A stretch of 63,558 nt of DNA, the filler included, from Sphacelaria rigidula (taxonomy: Eukaryota): NCBI GenBank assembly GCA_964200075.2. It is 9 parts of 9 records of this genome, joined end to end, with 100 filler letters (N's around TTAATTAATTAA, not from the genome) between each part and the next. Parts side by side here need not be neighbours in the genome. Positions count along the whole stretch, not along the records: positions 35,371 to 42,343 come from CAXNAA020017135.1; positions 42,444 to 49,415 come from CAXNAA020017136.1; 7 more parts are not named here. One strand, given 5' to 3'. Made by a program: the position numbers and the translations under genes. Position 1 is the first letter of the stretch; each line of letters begins with the position of its first letter. Of this stretch, positions 37,668-49,350 are shown piece after piece. Below the pieces are notes generated by a model, which worked only from the letters and a program-made list of their open reading frames with translations, searched no databases and was not told the DNA's origin.

Positions 37668-39587
37668 CTGCGCATCCAAGGGCCACACGCGCATACGGAT
37701 ATATGATTGATTGGTCGATTTTGATTGATTTGACTCGATTAGCTTCCGCATGCCCTTACTAAAATTCGACTCAACGGTCGACGAGGGAAATGGAGTGCTG
37801 GAGCCCCCTCAAGATGAAAAATAAAAAAGGCAAGCACCGCAGAAGGAAGGTACAGTACTAAATACAAACAAGAAAATAAAAAAAAATCCTGTGTTGACCT
37901 TCCTTCTGTGTAACCCCGACTGGTGCGCCCACATATACCGAAAGGTGTAGACCGGCGTCCAGAATAGATGGGAAGACAACACACACACACTTGCTGATCG
38001 CTTTTTAACTCAGCCGTGGTCCCGAGATGAGCGGACACCTGGTGGAAAAACTGGCTCGATATATAAGCACAGCAGTAACAAACACAACAACAACAACAAC
38101 AACAACAACGGCAGGCCCCTGGAGTATGACTTCCGATGAGGGGCTTGTACAAAAATAAGACACACGCACACACACACACCATCATCCTTCTTCTTCTTAC
38201 GGGTTATCTTCTTTTCTCAAATCGTTTTTCCCGCAGACAGGTGTGATGTTGTGACGCACGACAGCGCAGTATCTCCCCGATTGTGACGCACCACAGCACA
38301 ACGATGTTCGAGAACTTTCTCTGCGATTAGTCATACCCCAGGTTTTTCTTCAGTATTCACTCTGCGGACTTCACGGGAAGTTGTTCGTTTTTGTTGTCAG
38401 CCCCTCTCTATTCTCCTTTTCGGTCGTCAGCATCCCTCTCTCTGTTGGTCGCAGCTACCTCTCTATATCACTCTCTCTTCCGCCTTTGTGGCTACCTCAC
38501 CACCACTCCACCACTACCCTAACGCGCTTCCGTTCTGCAGCATTTTGCTTTTTTGGAGCTCACCGCTTGCCTCGCCGTGGCACGCACGTGCCTCGTGTAT
38601 CCGACTGTAGTGCGCAATGAAAACAAAGTAGGAGCCTGAGTGGAAATCTTCAGGTGGACTGCTGCTGCCAATCATCCACGTTTACTCCAAAGGATTATTG
38701 TACTCGTGGGCCCTCAAACATCACCATGCTGATATATATACTCGTATATATATTGCTATGGGTGAGGTCGCTCTTCTCGCTGAGCGCTACGGCGTCAATT
38801 GTATCATCATCACGTCCTTGAATATCACCACTGACAAATTTGACTTGGCCGAGATTGTTTTCGCTCGTCAACTGCAGGCCTTGGCATCTTCGGGTGCCTA
38901 TGCTGCTGCGAATATACCATTTTTCTCGCGCCTTGAGACTTTCCGTTTGGAACCGTACGGCTTTACTTCTTCCCAAAATTTGTATCACTACCGGGAGAAT
39001 GCTTTTTACAGTGGCATCATGGTCGTTAATTGCATGTTGTTGTTGTTGTTTTTGTTGCTGTTGTCGTCGTCTTGACATTAGAAACCGTTCCGATATCTGC
39101 GCGGTACATCCGTACGTGAGCATCTGATGCGGACGCCTTCCGTGGTCACAGGCGAGCTACCTACAGCAAGGTATGAGGAAATCAAACAAAAAAACAAAAA
39201 TAGATTCGGGAAAAAAAAAAAACTCACAAACGCGATAAAAGGAGAACAGGAATAAAGAATAAATAAGAGAGATAATGAATATGGCCAACCTCAAAAGATC
39301 CGGTGCCGCAGGTGGCCATTCGGACTTCAGGCATGTACCGGTCTTTTTCTCTGCAGATTGAGCGTGTCAGAGCGTTCCAGAGGCTCCTTCCCTTTTCGAC
39401 TTTTCCGTAGTCGGGTTGCGGTGGTCGGTGTAAATAAGCGACGCCGGGCATGGTGACATGTCTTCTGCACATCATTTCAGTAACCTATTTGCTGTGCCGA
39501 TGTGTATGGCTGTGGGGGTTCTCGATTGCCATTTATCTCATTCGCGGTACTGAGGCCGAATGTTATAGCGAACAAATTTTCGGGCAA

Positions 39588-39748
39588 CGGATTGTTCACT
39601 TCAGGACGTTTGACCCACTTATTGACCCACAAACAGTGGAAATCGCCAACACACGTGGGGTGATGCAAAGTGTCCAAGACGTGTGTTGGCGATTTTCCCT
39701 GTTTGGGGGTCAAAAAGTGGATCAAACGTCCCAAAAGTGAACAATCCG
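39588..39748. repeat. Palindromic MITE-like element
   Basis: CGGATTGTTCACTT...AATCGCCAACACACGT pairs with ACGTGTGTTGGCGATT...AAGTGAACAATCCG; arms are about 70 bp. Confidence 0.85.
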
Positions 39749-42119
39749 CGGGCCAAACATCTGTGTGCCATGACATCAGGCCTGATAACTGAAATACGTA
39801 TCATGTGAGCGGCCACGCCACCGCCATTCCATGAACTGGTGTCGGCGATATTTGACTCTTCAACAATACTACGTTGTCAACAACCCCTTGACCCCCACCA
39901 CGTCTAGGTCACCTGTTCAATCGGCATCAGTTTCACTCGAAAAACAAAACATGACCCAAAAACTATGTACCGTAAATCTTCTTCATCAACATTTTTTTCA
40001 TGACAACAGCGATGATTGCTCGAGGTCGGCGACCGCACTTGACCTCAACAGCACAACCGCCGCTGCCGACACGCGCACCATCTAAGAAGGCTGTACGAAG
40101 GGTAATCAGGGGCTGTGCGTACAGTAGCTCAGTCTATCTTTTGATGCGGTGCCGACATGTTGCCTAGGGTAGATGCGCTACTATAGTCATGTATGTCTTC
40201 AAACACACAACAAAATCGCTGTCCATCCGTCCCTGCGGCTCACGCGGCTGCACCCTCATTCTGCCTCATCTGCGCGATCTGATTGGTTATGCACATCGAT
40301 ATATCTCAGCGTTATATTTTCAATCCCGAGGCGGTATACAGATCAATCCACTAAAAAAAAATAACGTTCCTACAGGAGTCAAACATTGAACAAAACATTT
40401 TCGATCGGAAGCGATTTTCCCAGGTGTTTTCATCACTACGACTCAACACGGTTTCTCTTTGATCCTAACCTTCAAGAATCGAGTGGCTTAAGTACCCCAC
40501 ACAAGTTTTGAGGAAAAAACTATAGTCAACGACCAAAAATTGAACGAGACACGGGCTCACCGGTCTTTGAGGGTCCTACGAGTGTGCAGCCCCGGGCTCT
40601 CGCTCTTTGACATTTTCGCTCGACCGAACCGATCCGGATCCTTGTACCGAACGATTCATTTTTTTTTTTATTTGTCGCACGTTGAACCCCTCCCCTTCCT
40701 CGGGATGAGTCCGCGGTCTCAAGGGATCTCTCCCCCGGTATCTGTGCCTTCCGTTCTTTTATTTTCCTGATACCCATTGCGCTAAAGCCGAAAAATCGTG
40801 TTTTTGGGCCAAATGTGGACAGTAGCACGTCCGTGAAGGGAGTTTTCACTCTGTATCGCCCCGACAACACAAAATCGGGCGATGTGTTCTTACCGTAGTA
40901 CAACCTGCTTCGACTACCGACTCTCAAACTCTGGAGTGGAGGAAAAAAATTGTCTGCGAAAAATACCCGATTGAGTGAGTCCAATATTTAAAGTTTGACA
41001 ACTGTGTAAATGAATCGCGCTGCGTACATTAATCCACAGGTTAACCTATGGGTCCGGAGCCCTGCTAGCAGATTATTTTCGTAACTATATGAGGTTTTCA
41101 TTTTTTGAGGGCAGGTTGTCTTATTTTGCTTGTGCGGGCAGTTTGACGGGGGCTGTGAGATCGTCAACCTTCACACGTCTTGATTCTAGGAATCCAGTTG
41201 TTTCTTAAAATTTCGAAATCACCCTCAAATCATCACGTCCAAACACTTTACATCATCTTTTGCCTTGGAATCGCTCAATTTGGGCGACGGCGCGAAGCGC
41301 CGAATACCTTGTAGCAATTTCAGCAATTAAACTAAACCTCAGATCTCTTTCCTGAAGACACATGTCATTTCGTTTGTCGAGATCTCAAAAGCCAGCATCC
41401 CGCCTTTACTCGGTTCTAGAGTACTGGTGCCATGAATTGTTTCTTCGCCGTTTGTATTTCCTGCAGACAGGTGTCATTTCGCTCTGAACGCCTCACGAGC
41501 CAGCATTCCGCCATTCCTCGGTTGTAGGATACGTTTCTTCTGGTGTCAGTTTTCTCCGAAGCTCTCTCCGAAGCCAGCGATTCGTCCTTACTTGGTTCTA
41601 GAGTGTTTTTTTCGCTGATCTTCTCCTGTTCAGCACTTCACGGGCACTAAGTAGGTGTGCGGCTTTGGAGTATATTTGCTCTCCGCGATTTTATCTGCAT
41701 GGTTATCCTGTGGCGCGTCTCAGCGGATCCTTCGGACCCATGGCGTGACGTGGCTGCAGTTGGAATCTGCATCACTTTTTCTCACTTGACCATGGCATTT
41801 TTTCATCACTTGGATCGATATTATAGGCGTCAATATCGTCATCCGTTGACAAGTTCGTGACCCGCTCTGAAAAAATGGTGAGAATGTTCGCGGCTTGGGT
41901 CTTTTGTTCTGTACCGTTCCAGCATCTGCTGAAGAGGTTCTCACAAACACCAACGGTCAGCGCATCACCTCCTTCAGCCGGGGTCATTGTCTCAGCAGGC
42001 CCTTCGCGTGCATGGCGTGGTATGGCTGCATTTGAAATCGGCATCATATTCACTTGATCATGTTGTGAGAAACGATCCTGTTCCCGACGAATTACAATGG
42101 GAACAAACGAGGTAGCGGT

Positions 42120-42290
42120 GAGAGTCGATCGGCGTGCCATCTCAACTGAGTACAGCTTACTCTCGGGGCAGGCCTTTCAACACCTCGAGCGTGGTCTGAT
42201 GCGTGAGTCAGACCGGCGCGCCATCTCGACTGAGCACAGCTTACTCTTCAGGCAGGGTTTCAACGCCTCGAGCATGATCTGATGAGTCAT
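42120..42290. repeat. Two-unit ~83-bp tandem repeat; a separate degenerate three-unit array lies at ~41355-41605
   Basis: CGGCGYGCCATCTCRACTGAGYACAGCTTACTCT occurs twice; GCCAGC...GGTTSTAG occurs three times in the second array. Confidence 0.75.
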
Positions 42291-42864
42291 CCTACGATAG
42301 GGGGGGGGGGTATTTGGTTGCACGAAAAACGAGCCGCATAAGTNNNNNNNNNNNNNNNNNNNNNNNNNNNNNNNNNNNNNNNNNNNNTTAATTAATTAAN
42401 NNNNNNNNNNNNNNNNNNNNNNNNNNNNNNNNNNNNNNNNNNNTGATGCGCCCACATATCCCGAAAGGGGTAGACTGGCGCCCAGAATAAATGGGACGAC
42501 ACACACAACACAGTGTAGCTTGTTGTGCCTTACATGCCGCCACGTCCGTATAAAACCGCAGGCCTCTGGAGTAAAGAATCTCACCACACGGTGGCGAATT
42601 CATCCGCTGGGCTCGGGGACTGTATGGGAGGCAGATTGCCACTTCACGGATGCGTCTGTGGGGCAGTTTCTCGAGTGGCAGCGACCCGGTCGATTGCCGA
42701 TCGATGGGTCCAATCCTTTCGCATCTTTTGATCGGTGAGATGAATGGATAACGCCGCCACGATGATCACGTCTAGGTGTTGTTGTAAGTGGCGTGTTTTT
42801 GTACCTTTTCGACAGCTGTCGTGACCCCACCTCTTAGAACTCCGAAATTTCTGCAGACGTATCC

Positions 42865-43075
42865 TTAACCCTTGAACAGCGAGAGTAGGTCATCTGTTGA
42901 ATCGGCATCAATTTCACTTGAGAACAGTATGCATGTTCCAGATGGACTAACTACCCTCGCGGTCTAAGGGTTAAGCGTTTGACGGCGAAAGTAGGCCATC
43001 TGTTGAATCGGCATGTGTTTTATTTTCAAAAGTATGTATCATCCAGATGGACTACCCTCGCGGTCAAAGGTTTAG
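42865..43075 (+). mobile_element. Tandem pair of ~100-bp piggyBac-like MITEs
   Basis: TTAA-CCCTTGA...TAAGGG-TTAA (42865-42974), followed directly by a diverged second copy sharing CATCTGTTGAATCGGCAT and CCAGATGGACTA...CCCTCGCGGTC. Confidence 0.75.
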
Positions 43076-43238
43076 TTACCTGGCCTTCGGATGGGTTTTA
43101 TGAAACATCTGTTATTTGTATTTGGTCCGGTTCATTCGACTGAACTGCTTGCAATTTCACTGCTTTCGCCTCCGAACTTCCCCCCTTCCCGCCATAATGC
43201 GTCCACCCATTGCATTCGCCGGCCATGCATACGGCCAG

Positions 43239-46200
43239 GAGGACTCATTGGGCCTATGCTGACTACAAGCACGTGAAGGTGAGACACGGAGCAACCAAAC
43301 ATATAGAGGATGGCACAGTGAGTAAAGTGAAGAAGGAACTCACGTCACTGCGAAATGACGTTTTAGGTGTCAGTCGAACAGAGAGACCGATTGATGCCGC
43401 GACAACTGCCACGAAGAAAATGGCCGCATGGCGCATTATAGCTGGTTTCAGACTACCTGTAGCGCCTCACGTTGGCGTCATTGGCGCAAACGATCCCAAA
43501 CGTGTGAGTTCTCCGCCGCTCGGTGTGATGGACTTTTGTCGTTTTGATCCGCATGAATACATATTTCCTCAAACCAGCCATATTTTCTGGGGAGGCTATC
43601 GCGGCACCACTCTCCCGCTCTCAACCGAGGCATCAACGCAGCTCCAGTATCGCTTGATTTTCAGATGTCCCTCCCTTGGAGCAACCAGAGAGAATCATGC
43701 GATTTTGAAGATGATCTCTCAGCGTGTCTCTGTTCGTGTCATGCCGTTGGTCCCAGCTCAGGAGCTCGCTGGTGACTGGGGCGAGTTGTTGGAGCCGATG
43801 ATCGACTGGAGTTCTCTCGGCTGCGACAAGGCGGTCACTGATTCTACTGTGTGGTTGGGAACTGGCGGTTGTCACACACCACTGCACTTCGATACCTACG
43901 GCGTCAATCTGGTAAGAACGTGCAGGCATGAAGCAAAACGCCGCAGTAGGAGATCTATCGTCCGTTCAGCGGACATCTTGACCGCCCCAGCTGTTCTCAT
44001 GGAACCAAGGTTTCCTGCTCGCTGCGTTCAAGCCTGGATTCTTTGAGCCAATGTGACGATCGCACCACACATGCCTCGCTGTTCTTGCAGGTTGCGCAGC
44101 TTCATGGCAAGAAAAGGTGGCTGCTCTACCCGCCAGATGACACAGCCAACCTGTACCCGACTCGCGTACCGTACGAGGAGAGTAGCGTGTTCAGCAAAGT
44201 AGACGCCAGGGTGCCGGATTTGGACAGGTAGGGCACGACACGTAACATTACAGATAGCAGCACCATGAGAACCGTGATGGAACTTCCGTGGGGGCACCGG
44301 AGCACCTGATCCTGATATCATGGAAGATCCACGAGAGACCCACCGTTGACGCGGTTTACTGAAAGTCCTCTTGTGCATTCTCTTGTGCGGTACCATTATC
44401 ATCGCTGTCTGCCGATGTTACTCAAAACCGTAACCGTCCACGTGCGTGTGTGTGCGTGTGTGTGTGTGGTTCCATGGTTGCGCACAGCACTTGAGCACGC
44501 AGTAATTCCTCTATCATCTGAACTTGACCCGAAAGCCTTCATCTCACTGAACACACATCCATTCTACAACCGTTCTGGAAACGACACTGGGCGCTTCTTG
44601 TACCATTTGTCTTCACAGGTCGTAGGTATGTATCTCTAAGGGTTCGAGAAAGTCCTTGTAAACTGGCAGACTCACCACCTTTCTGCCGACGTTTGGAAGG
44701 GTTTTTGACAAGTGGCAAACATCTGTAGAATATCCTCCCTCTTTTTTTTGTTACGTTACGTACTTTTAGCCCATTTCCTTCCTCGGGACGAGCCCGTGGA
44801 CTCATGGGATCAAACCCATCTCTTCTCTCCTACGGTACACGCCTTGCATTTTGTGTCGTATATTGGATTAGCACTCCCGCACAACGTCGACTCTCGTCAA
44901 ACAAACTCTTCTTGATACTCACGCCCTGACGCCACCGAAATGCATCTGATGGGAATCCAACCCGCGTTCCTTCCACGCTAATGGTGTCAGTTGGATCATG
45001 ACTATTTTAATTTAGACTACCGGGGTGGGGCGGCTTAGCTGCCCTAAGCCGGCAGAACATTAACACACGCGTGTCGAAGTGGTATAAATCGACTAGATAT
45101 CTGCACATGTTTGGGAAGGTGTTCTAGGGTGTAAAGATAGTCTCCGCACATGTCGGGCACACACCTTCTATCACACGTAGCGTGAACAGGTATGTTGGGT
45201 CTACCACGTTTGTCTTCAGTCGTACGTGTGCAGTTCTGTGGTACTCTCATGGCGTGCTCACGAAGGTGCCGAGAAAGAATTCGGCCACTATGGCAGCACC
45301 CTACTGTTGAAGCTTAAAATAAATACAACACCTTGATCCTTCAACTGCACCAGATTTCCACGCGTTGCCGCGGCACGACCGTTGTCGGTGACTCTCGAGC
45401 GCGGCGATGTCCTCTACGTGCCAAAACACTGGTGGCATTTTGTGGAATCTGAGGACATGTCATTGTCTGTAAACGTGTGGATTGATGCCGCTGATGACCC
45501 CAAGGATCGTGCTACGGAGGCGCTCACACGCGTGCTAGTTACAGCTCTTTCCGGAGGTCTGGCCGCCGAGGTGAGCTTTGAAAGAGACATGGCGTGGATA
45601 ACTTGTGCTGTGTGCGCTGTGATCCCAAGGCAGGAGTTTTCGGTTCCGGGAAGGTACTGTCGTCCAGGGGCACGTTTTTCGAGCTCTGCAACGCGTCCTT
45701 CAAGGTTTTATCGCAGTCGCTGCATAAAGCCGGAGATATACTTTAGTTTCGACATCCGAAGCCTTTCCTTTCATTGAAAGCGATTTTTTATCAGGTTTCT
45801 CGTTTTTCTGTTCTAGCTGTCCATTGCGTTACAGCCGATAAGCTGTGTTTCCGACCACATACTATCAAGAAATCCCCTGAAAAACGGAGTCTTAATTCGT
45901 ATTGCCCCGAGAACAAAAAACTAGAAAATGTGCTCTGTAACCAACCTTTGCAAACTGTCGGGTGGAGATGGCAAACTATCCGCCGACAAAATCCTCATGA
46001 GTGAATCCAACATCCAAACAACGACTATTTACTGTACATGCCAGGTATCCCCTAAGTCGATTTGTGGGCTTCAGTTGCACTCCTAACATCTCAGCCAGCG
46101 ACGTGTTTGTCACCAGCAACGGTGCACGATGTTATCACGCGGGATAACACGCAGGTCGGCTCCGGATGGCTAAATCCGACGGAGGAAGACGTTTGGCCTC

Positions 46201-46763
46201 TGGAGGAGACATTACAAGTGGCTGACCTAGCCTTCCAGAATTTCGGAATTACTGTGGCGAACGGTACCGGTGAGGACCAGAACTCGTCCTCCTCGGAGAA
46301 CGTGTTGTCTCATACTGTAATATAGACGCACTAGTGCTGTGTTTTGCTGGCGTTAGCATGGTGATTGCAGATCGTTTTAGCTATTCAGCTGAGGCTCTTG
46401 TGTCAGGTGGGTGGGTGGGTGCACCAGTATTGGATGAAAAATATGCGCTATTGGACCACCGGTGTGCTTTGCTTGTGCGAGCTGCCTACAATCCCTTGGT
46501 GGAAATCTGTCTTTTGAACGATCGGGTCTCAGGGCACAGTGTGTTCCGTGTTCGTCTGCTTGCGTTGACGTTGCCCTTCGTGCCGCTGTACGATGCTGCG
46601 ATGCTTGCTCATTTCACATGCAGAAAATGAAAGCGCGTTCTCCACCACGGCTTTGGTGGATGCTATTACTGCTCCCGATGTAATGGCGAAGGTGATGGAT
46701 AAAGTGCTGCTTGGAATGGGCAGGGAAACGCCAGCTCCAGACGCGCCACCGCCACCGGTTTAG
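43239..46763 (+). CDS. HSPBAP1: HSPB1-associated protein 1-like JmjC (cupin_8) protein, 5'-partial; exons 43239-43278, 43762-43911, 44091-44227, 45354-45570, 46155-46269, 46624-46763
   Basis: WAYADYK / STVWLGTGGCHTPLHFDTYGVNL / VAQLHGKKRWLLYPP...LYPTRVPYEESSVFSKV / TLERGDVLYVPKHWWHFVE / WLNPTE / LVDAITAPDVMAKV. The HxD...H iron triad is present and GT-AG junctions are phase-consistent. Confidence 0.93.
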
Positions 46764-47170
46764 TGTTAGACACACTATGTACCAATAGTTTGAATGCAAA
46801 TACGGGCGGGGGTCGTAATGCCACTTATAAAGTGATAAAGTGGAGCTCTCTGTCGCTGACATGGAAGACAGCGACAGAACAATCGCTGGAATAGCTCATG
46901 CCACTTCCGCGCCAGCACGCGTTTGGTGGTGCTGTTAAGCCAGCCCCTGTTACTGGCTTTAGCAAATGTTGACCCCAGCCGTCCTGTACCTCATTGTCGC
47001 TGTTTAGCATCACTCGCAGCACGCTAGTATACCGTTTTCTCTTTTCCCATCATTACTTGTTGGTGCATCTGGTTTTCCTGCATCGTGTGAGTAGCTCGGC
47101 AGATGAAACTCAATCTGTGACTTCGCCCAGCAGCTTGTGTGCCTGATTGTGGTGGCGTGTCGTAAGAGCT

Positions 47171-47518
47171 GCCGTGCAGCGTGCAGTAGGCCCAAGGAAA
47201 TGTACGTAAACAATGATTGGTACTCGATTTTACTTGATTTCAGAGTCAAGAAAGTTATGAGAAAATTCATGGTCTGGGGCAGGTGAGCAGTGGTGAGAGT
47301 AGACCCAGCTCGTCCAGAACGTCTTTTGGTCCAAAATCGGCTGAAAGGCGTCGATTTGAACTCTGGCAACGCACACTTTACCTAGGGAACACTCCGCACC
47401 CCCTTGCCCGAGGGTTCTCGGTATGCCTTGGTCGGGATTAGGGTTAGGGTTGGCGGCATCTCCATAGTACCAACCATTGTTTACGTACATTTTTCCTCAC
47501 GATACAGCTGAACACGGC
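47171..47518. mobile_element. Second MITE family (T2) with internal telomere-like repeats; related copy at ~31740-31940
   Basis: Inverted ends AAATGTACGTAAACAATGATTGGTACT / AGTACCAACCATTGTTTACGTACATTT. Internal TGCCCGAGGG...ATGCCTTGGTC-(TTAGGG-like)n is shared with the 31830-31895 region. Confidence 0.7.
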
Positions 47519-48078
47519 TAGGGCGAAAAGTAGGGTTCTATTTCCGTCATAAGAAGAGCAAGGGAGTTTATGTCGCGAGAGTCGACGCTGTGCGGAGTAC
47601 TGATCAAATCCGCGATATACAATGTAAGGCGTGCACCGACGGAGAGATGGGTTGGTCCCTTGAGACCACGAATTTGTCCCGAGGAAGGAGAGGTTGGCAA
47701 TGTGATGGAATACATGTGCTCACTGGGGACTAGCTTACGGGTACCTCTGCCGTCTGTGTGGCGTTGCACTGTATGTTGAGGCCGGGGGAGGGGGGGGGAA
47801 CTCAAGATTCACTGCACAATGTCCGGACTGGTATGCCTCTTGTGCGTTGCTAGGCCGGGACTCTGAAACTCGACAGGCAGCAGTACCAAAAACTGCTGCT
47901 GCTATCCTCTTTGGGACTAGGGCCTCAGTAGGTTTCTATGGGTGGACGACGGCAACACGTAGAAACGCTTCTATACAGAACGAGTACCAGAGAAAAGCGA
48001 CATATAAAGAAAGGACGCAGAATTGCGGGTCTGCAGCAGAACCTATTAATCGTAGCAAGCTTGTAGGCTGTTCATCCA

Positions 48079-48563
48079 TCACCACCACCACCAAAAGTCG
48101 CGCTTTATAGTCTTCTTCACGCTCGGTCGGCGGCAAGCCGAGTCATGCCACTCTCTTAAGCGTTCGCAATCTTCAGGAAATCCGAACTCCCCGTGTACTC
48201 GCTGAAGAAACGGAAACGCAGATGCGTCCGCCGCCGTAAACACCCCGCCACAAACAAACGGCCCATCCCCCCCGCCCTCTCCAGGCATCAAACACTCTTC
48301 TAATTCCCTCAGCACTTCGTTCAGGCTTGCGATGTCAGCCGAGCTCCCGGAGAAAACTGCTCGCTTGCCCACCGGCTTCAATTTTTCGTTCACAATGGCC
48401 CGCCACCGTGAGGAGGTGGCCGTCCGATCTCCCTTCCCAGGGAGGGCTGTGTCTTTCATGAGAAAATCAACTGTTTCTTCCGACCCGACGATCGGAGCGT
48501 CGTCCACGACTAATACGGGCACTTCGCCCTTGGGATTGAGCTTCATGAACCAGTCTGGCTTGC
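48079..48563 (-). CDS. Glutathione S-transferase (omega/lambda/DHAR-like), terminal exon
   Basis: KPDWFMKLNPKGEVPVL...GSEET (GST N-domain cis-Pro loop); GPFVCGGVFTAADASAFPFLQR (N-capping box); RLREWHDSACRRPSVKKT. CTCTCAG acceptor at 48564. Confidence 0.9.
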
Positions 48564-48931
48564 CTGAGAGAAAGCATGCAGGCGAAACGGGGGGAGGGGG
48601 GGGAAGGGGCATAATTTGAACGGAAAAGAAAAATACGTGATTGGAAGCAGAAAATACGAGATTTACCAGGAGGAGCGGGAGGGCGTATACTGGTTGAGAT
48701 GCGAAGTCCGAATACGCAACGAGCAAGATTCGTTGCGGAGTAGAACATGGACAACATCGAGATAGCGGCAGATGACGTCGCAAATCAGTGACCGGTAGAC
48801 TTCGGGGGTACCGGCAGAATGCTCCAAGCACACCACGAGTTTCGATGAGTGCACGACGTTGTTCTGTCAAAATGTATGAAAGCACGCCCCACCCCGACTA
48901 CGATAAACGAAGATATAAGCAAGGTTGTGTA

Positions 48932-49350
48932 CTGTAGGGTACGGCTTTCTGTATACCCGGGGTATTTTCTTGAGTATTTACCGTACCCGATAGTTCAGTG
49001 ACTCATGTAAGAATTTCATACCGGTATCCAACAGTTTTGTAAACTCTGTTGATTTCTGAGTGGTGTAATCTCTGTAAGACTTTCATACCCTTACCCGATA
49101 GTTCTGTGAGTTCTGTAAGCCTCCCGTACCGTTACCGAGGGGCACGGGTATGCTCTTGATGGAATACTCAATTGCAAGTACGGTTTTCTGCGCAACCTCC
49201 ATACCCCACCCGACAGTTTCTGTGAGTTATGTGAGCCTCCCATACCCTTGTCCGACAGTTCTGAGAGTTCTGTACAGGGTCTTTACTCGTACCCGGAATG
49301 CGGGTATGCTTTTGAAGAAATACCCAACTGCCAATAAGGTTTTTCTGTAC
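48932..49350. repeat. Subterminal-type repeat array of a probable non-autonomous DNA transposon
   Basis: Repeated CCGAYAGTTYCTGWGAGTTCTGTA / CATACCC motifs. Confidence 0.6.

Noticed and set aside
41355-42290. Short repeat arrays as CRISPR
   Set aside because: Units are long, degenerate and lack unique spacers; the context is eukaryotic with no cas genes.
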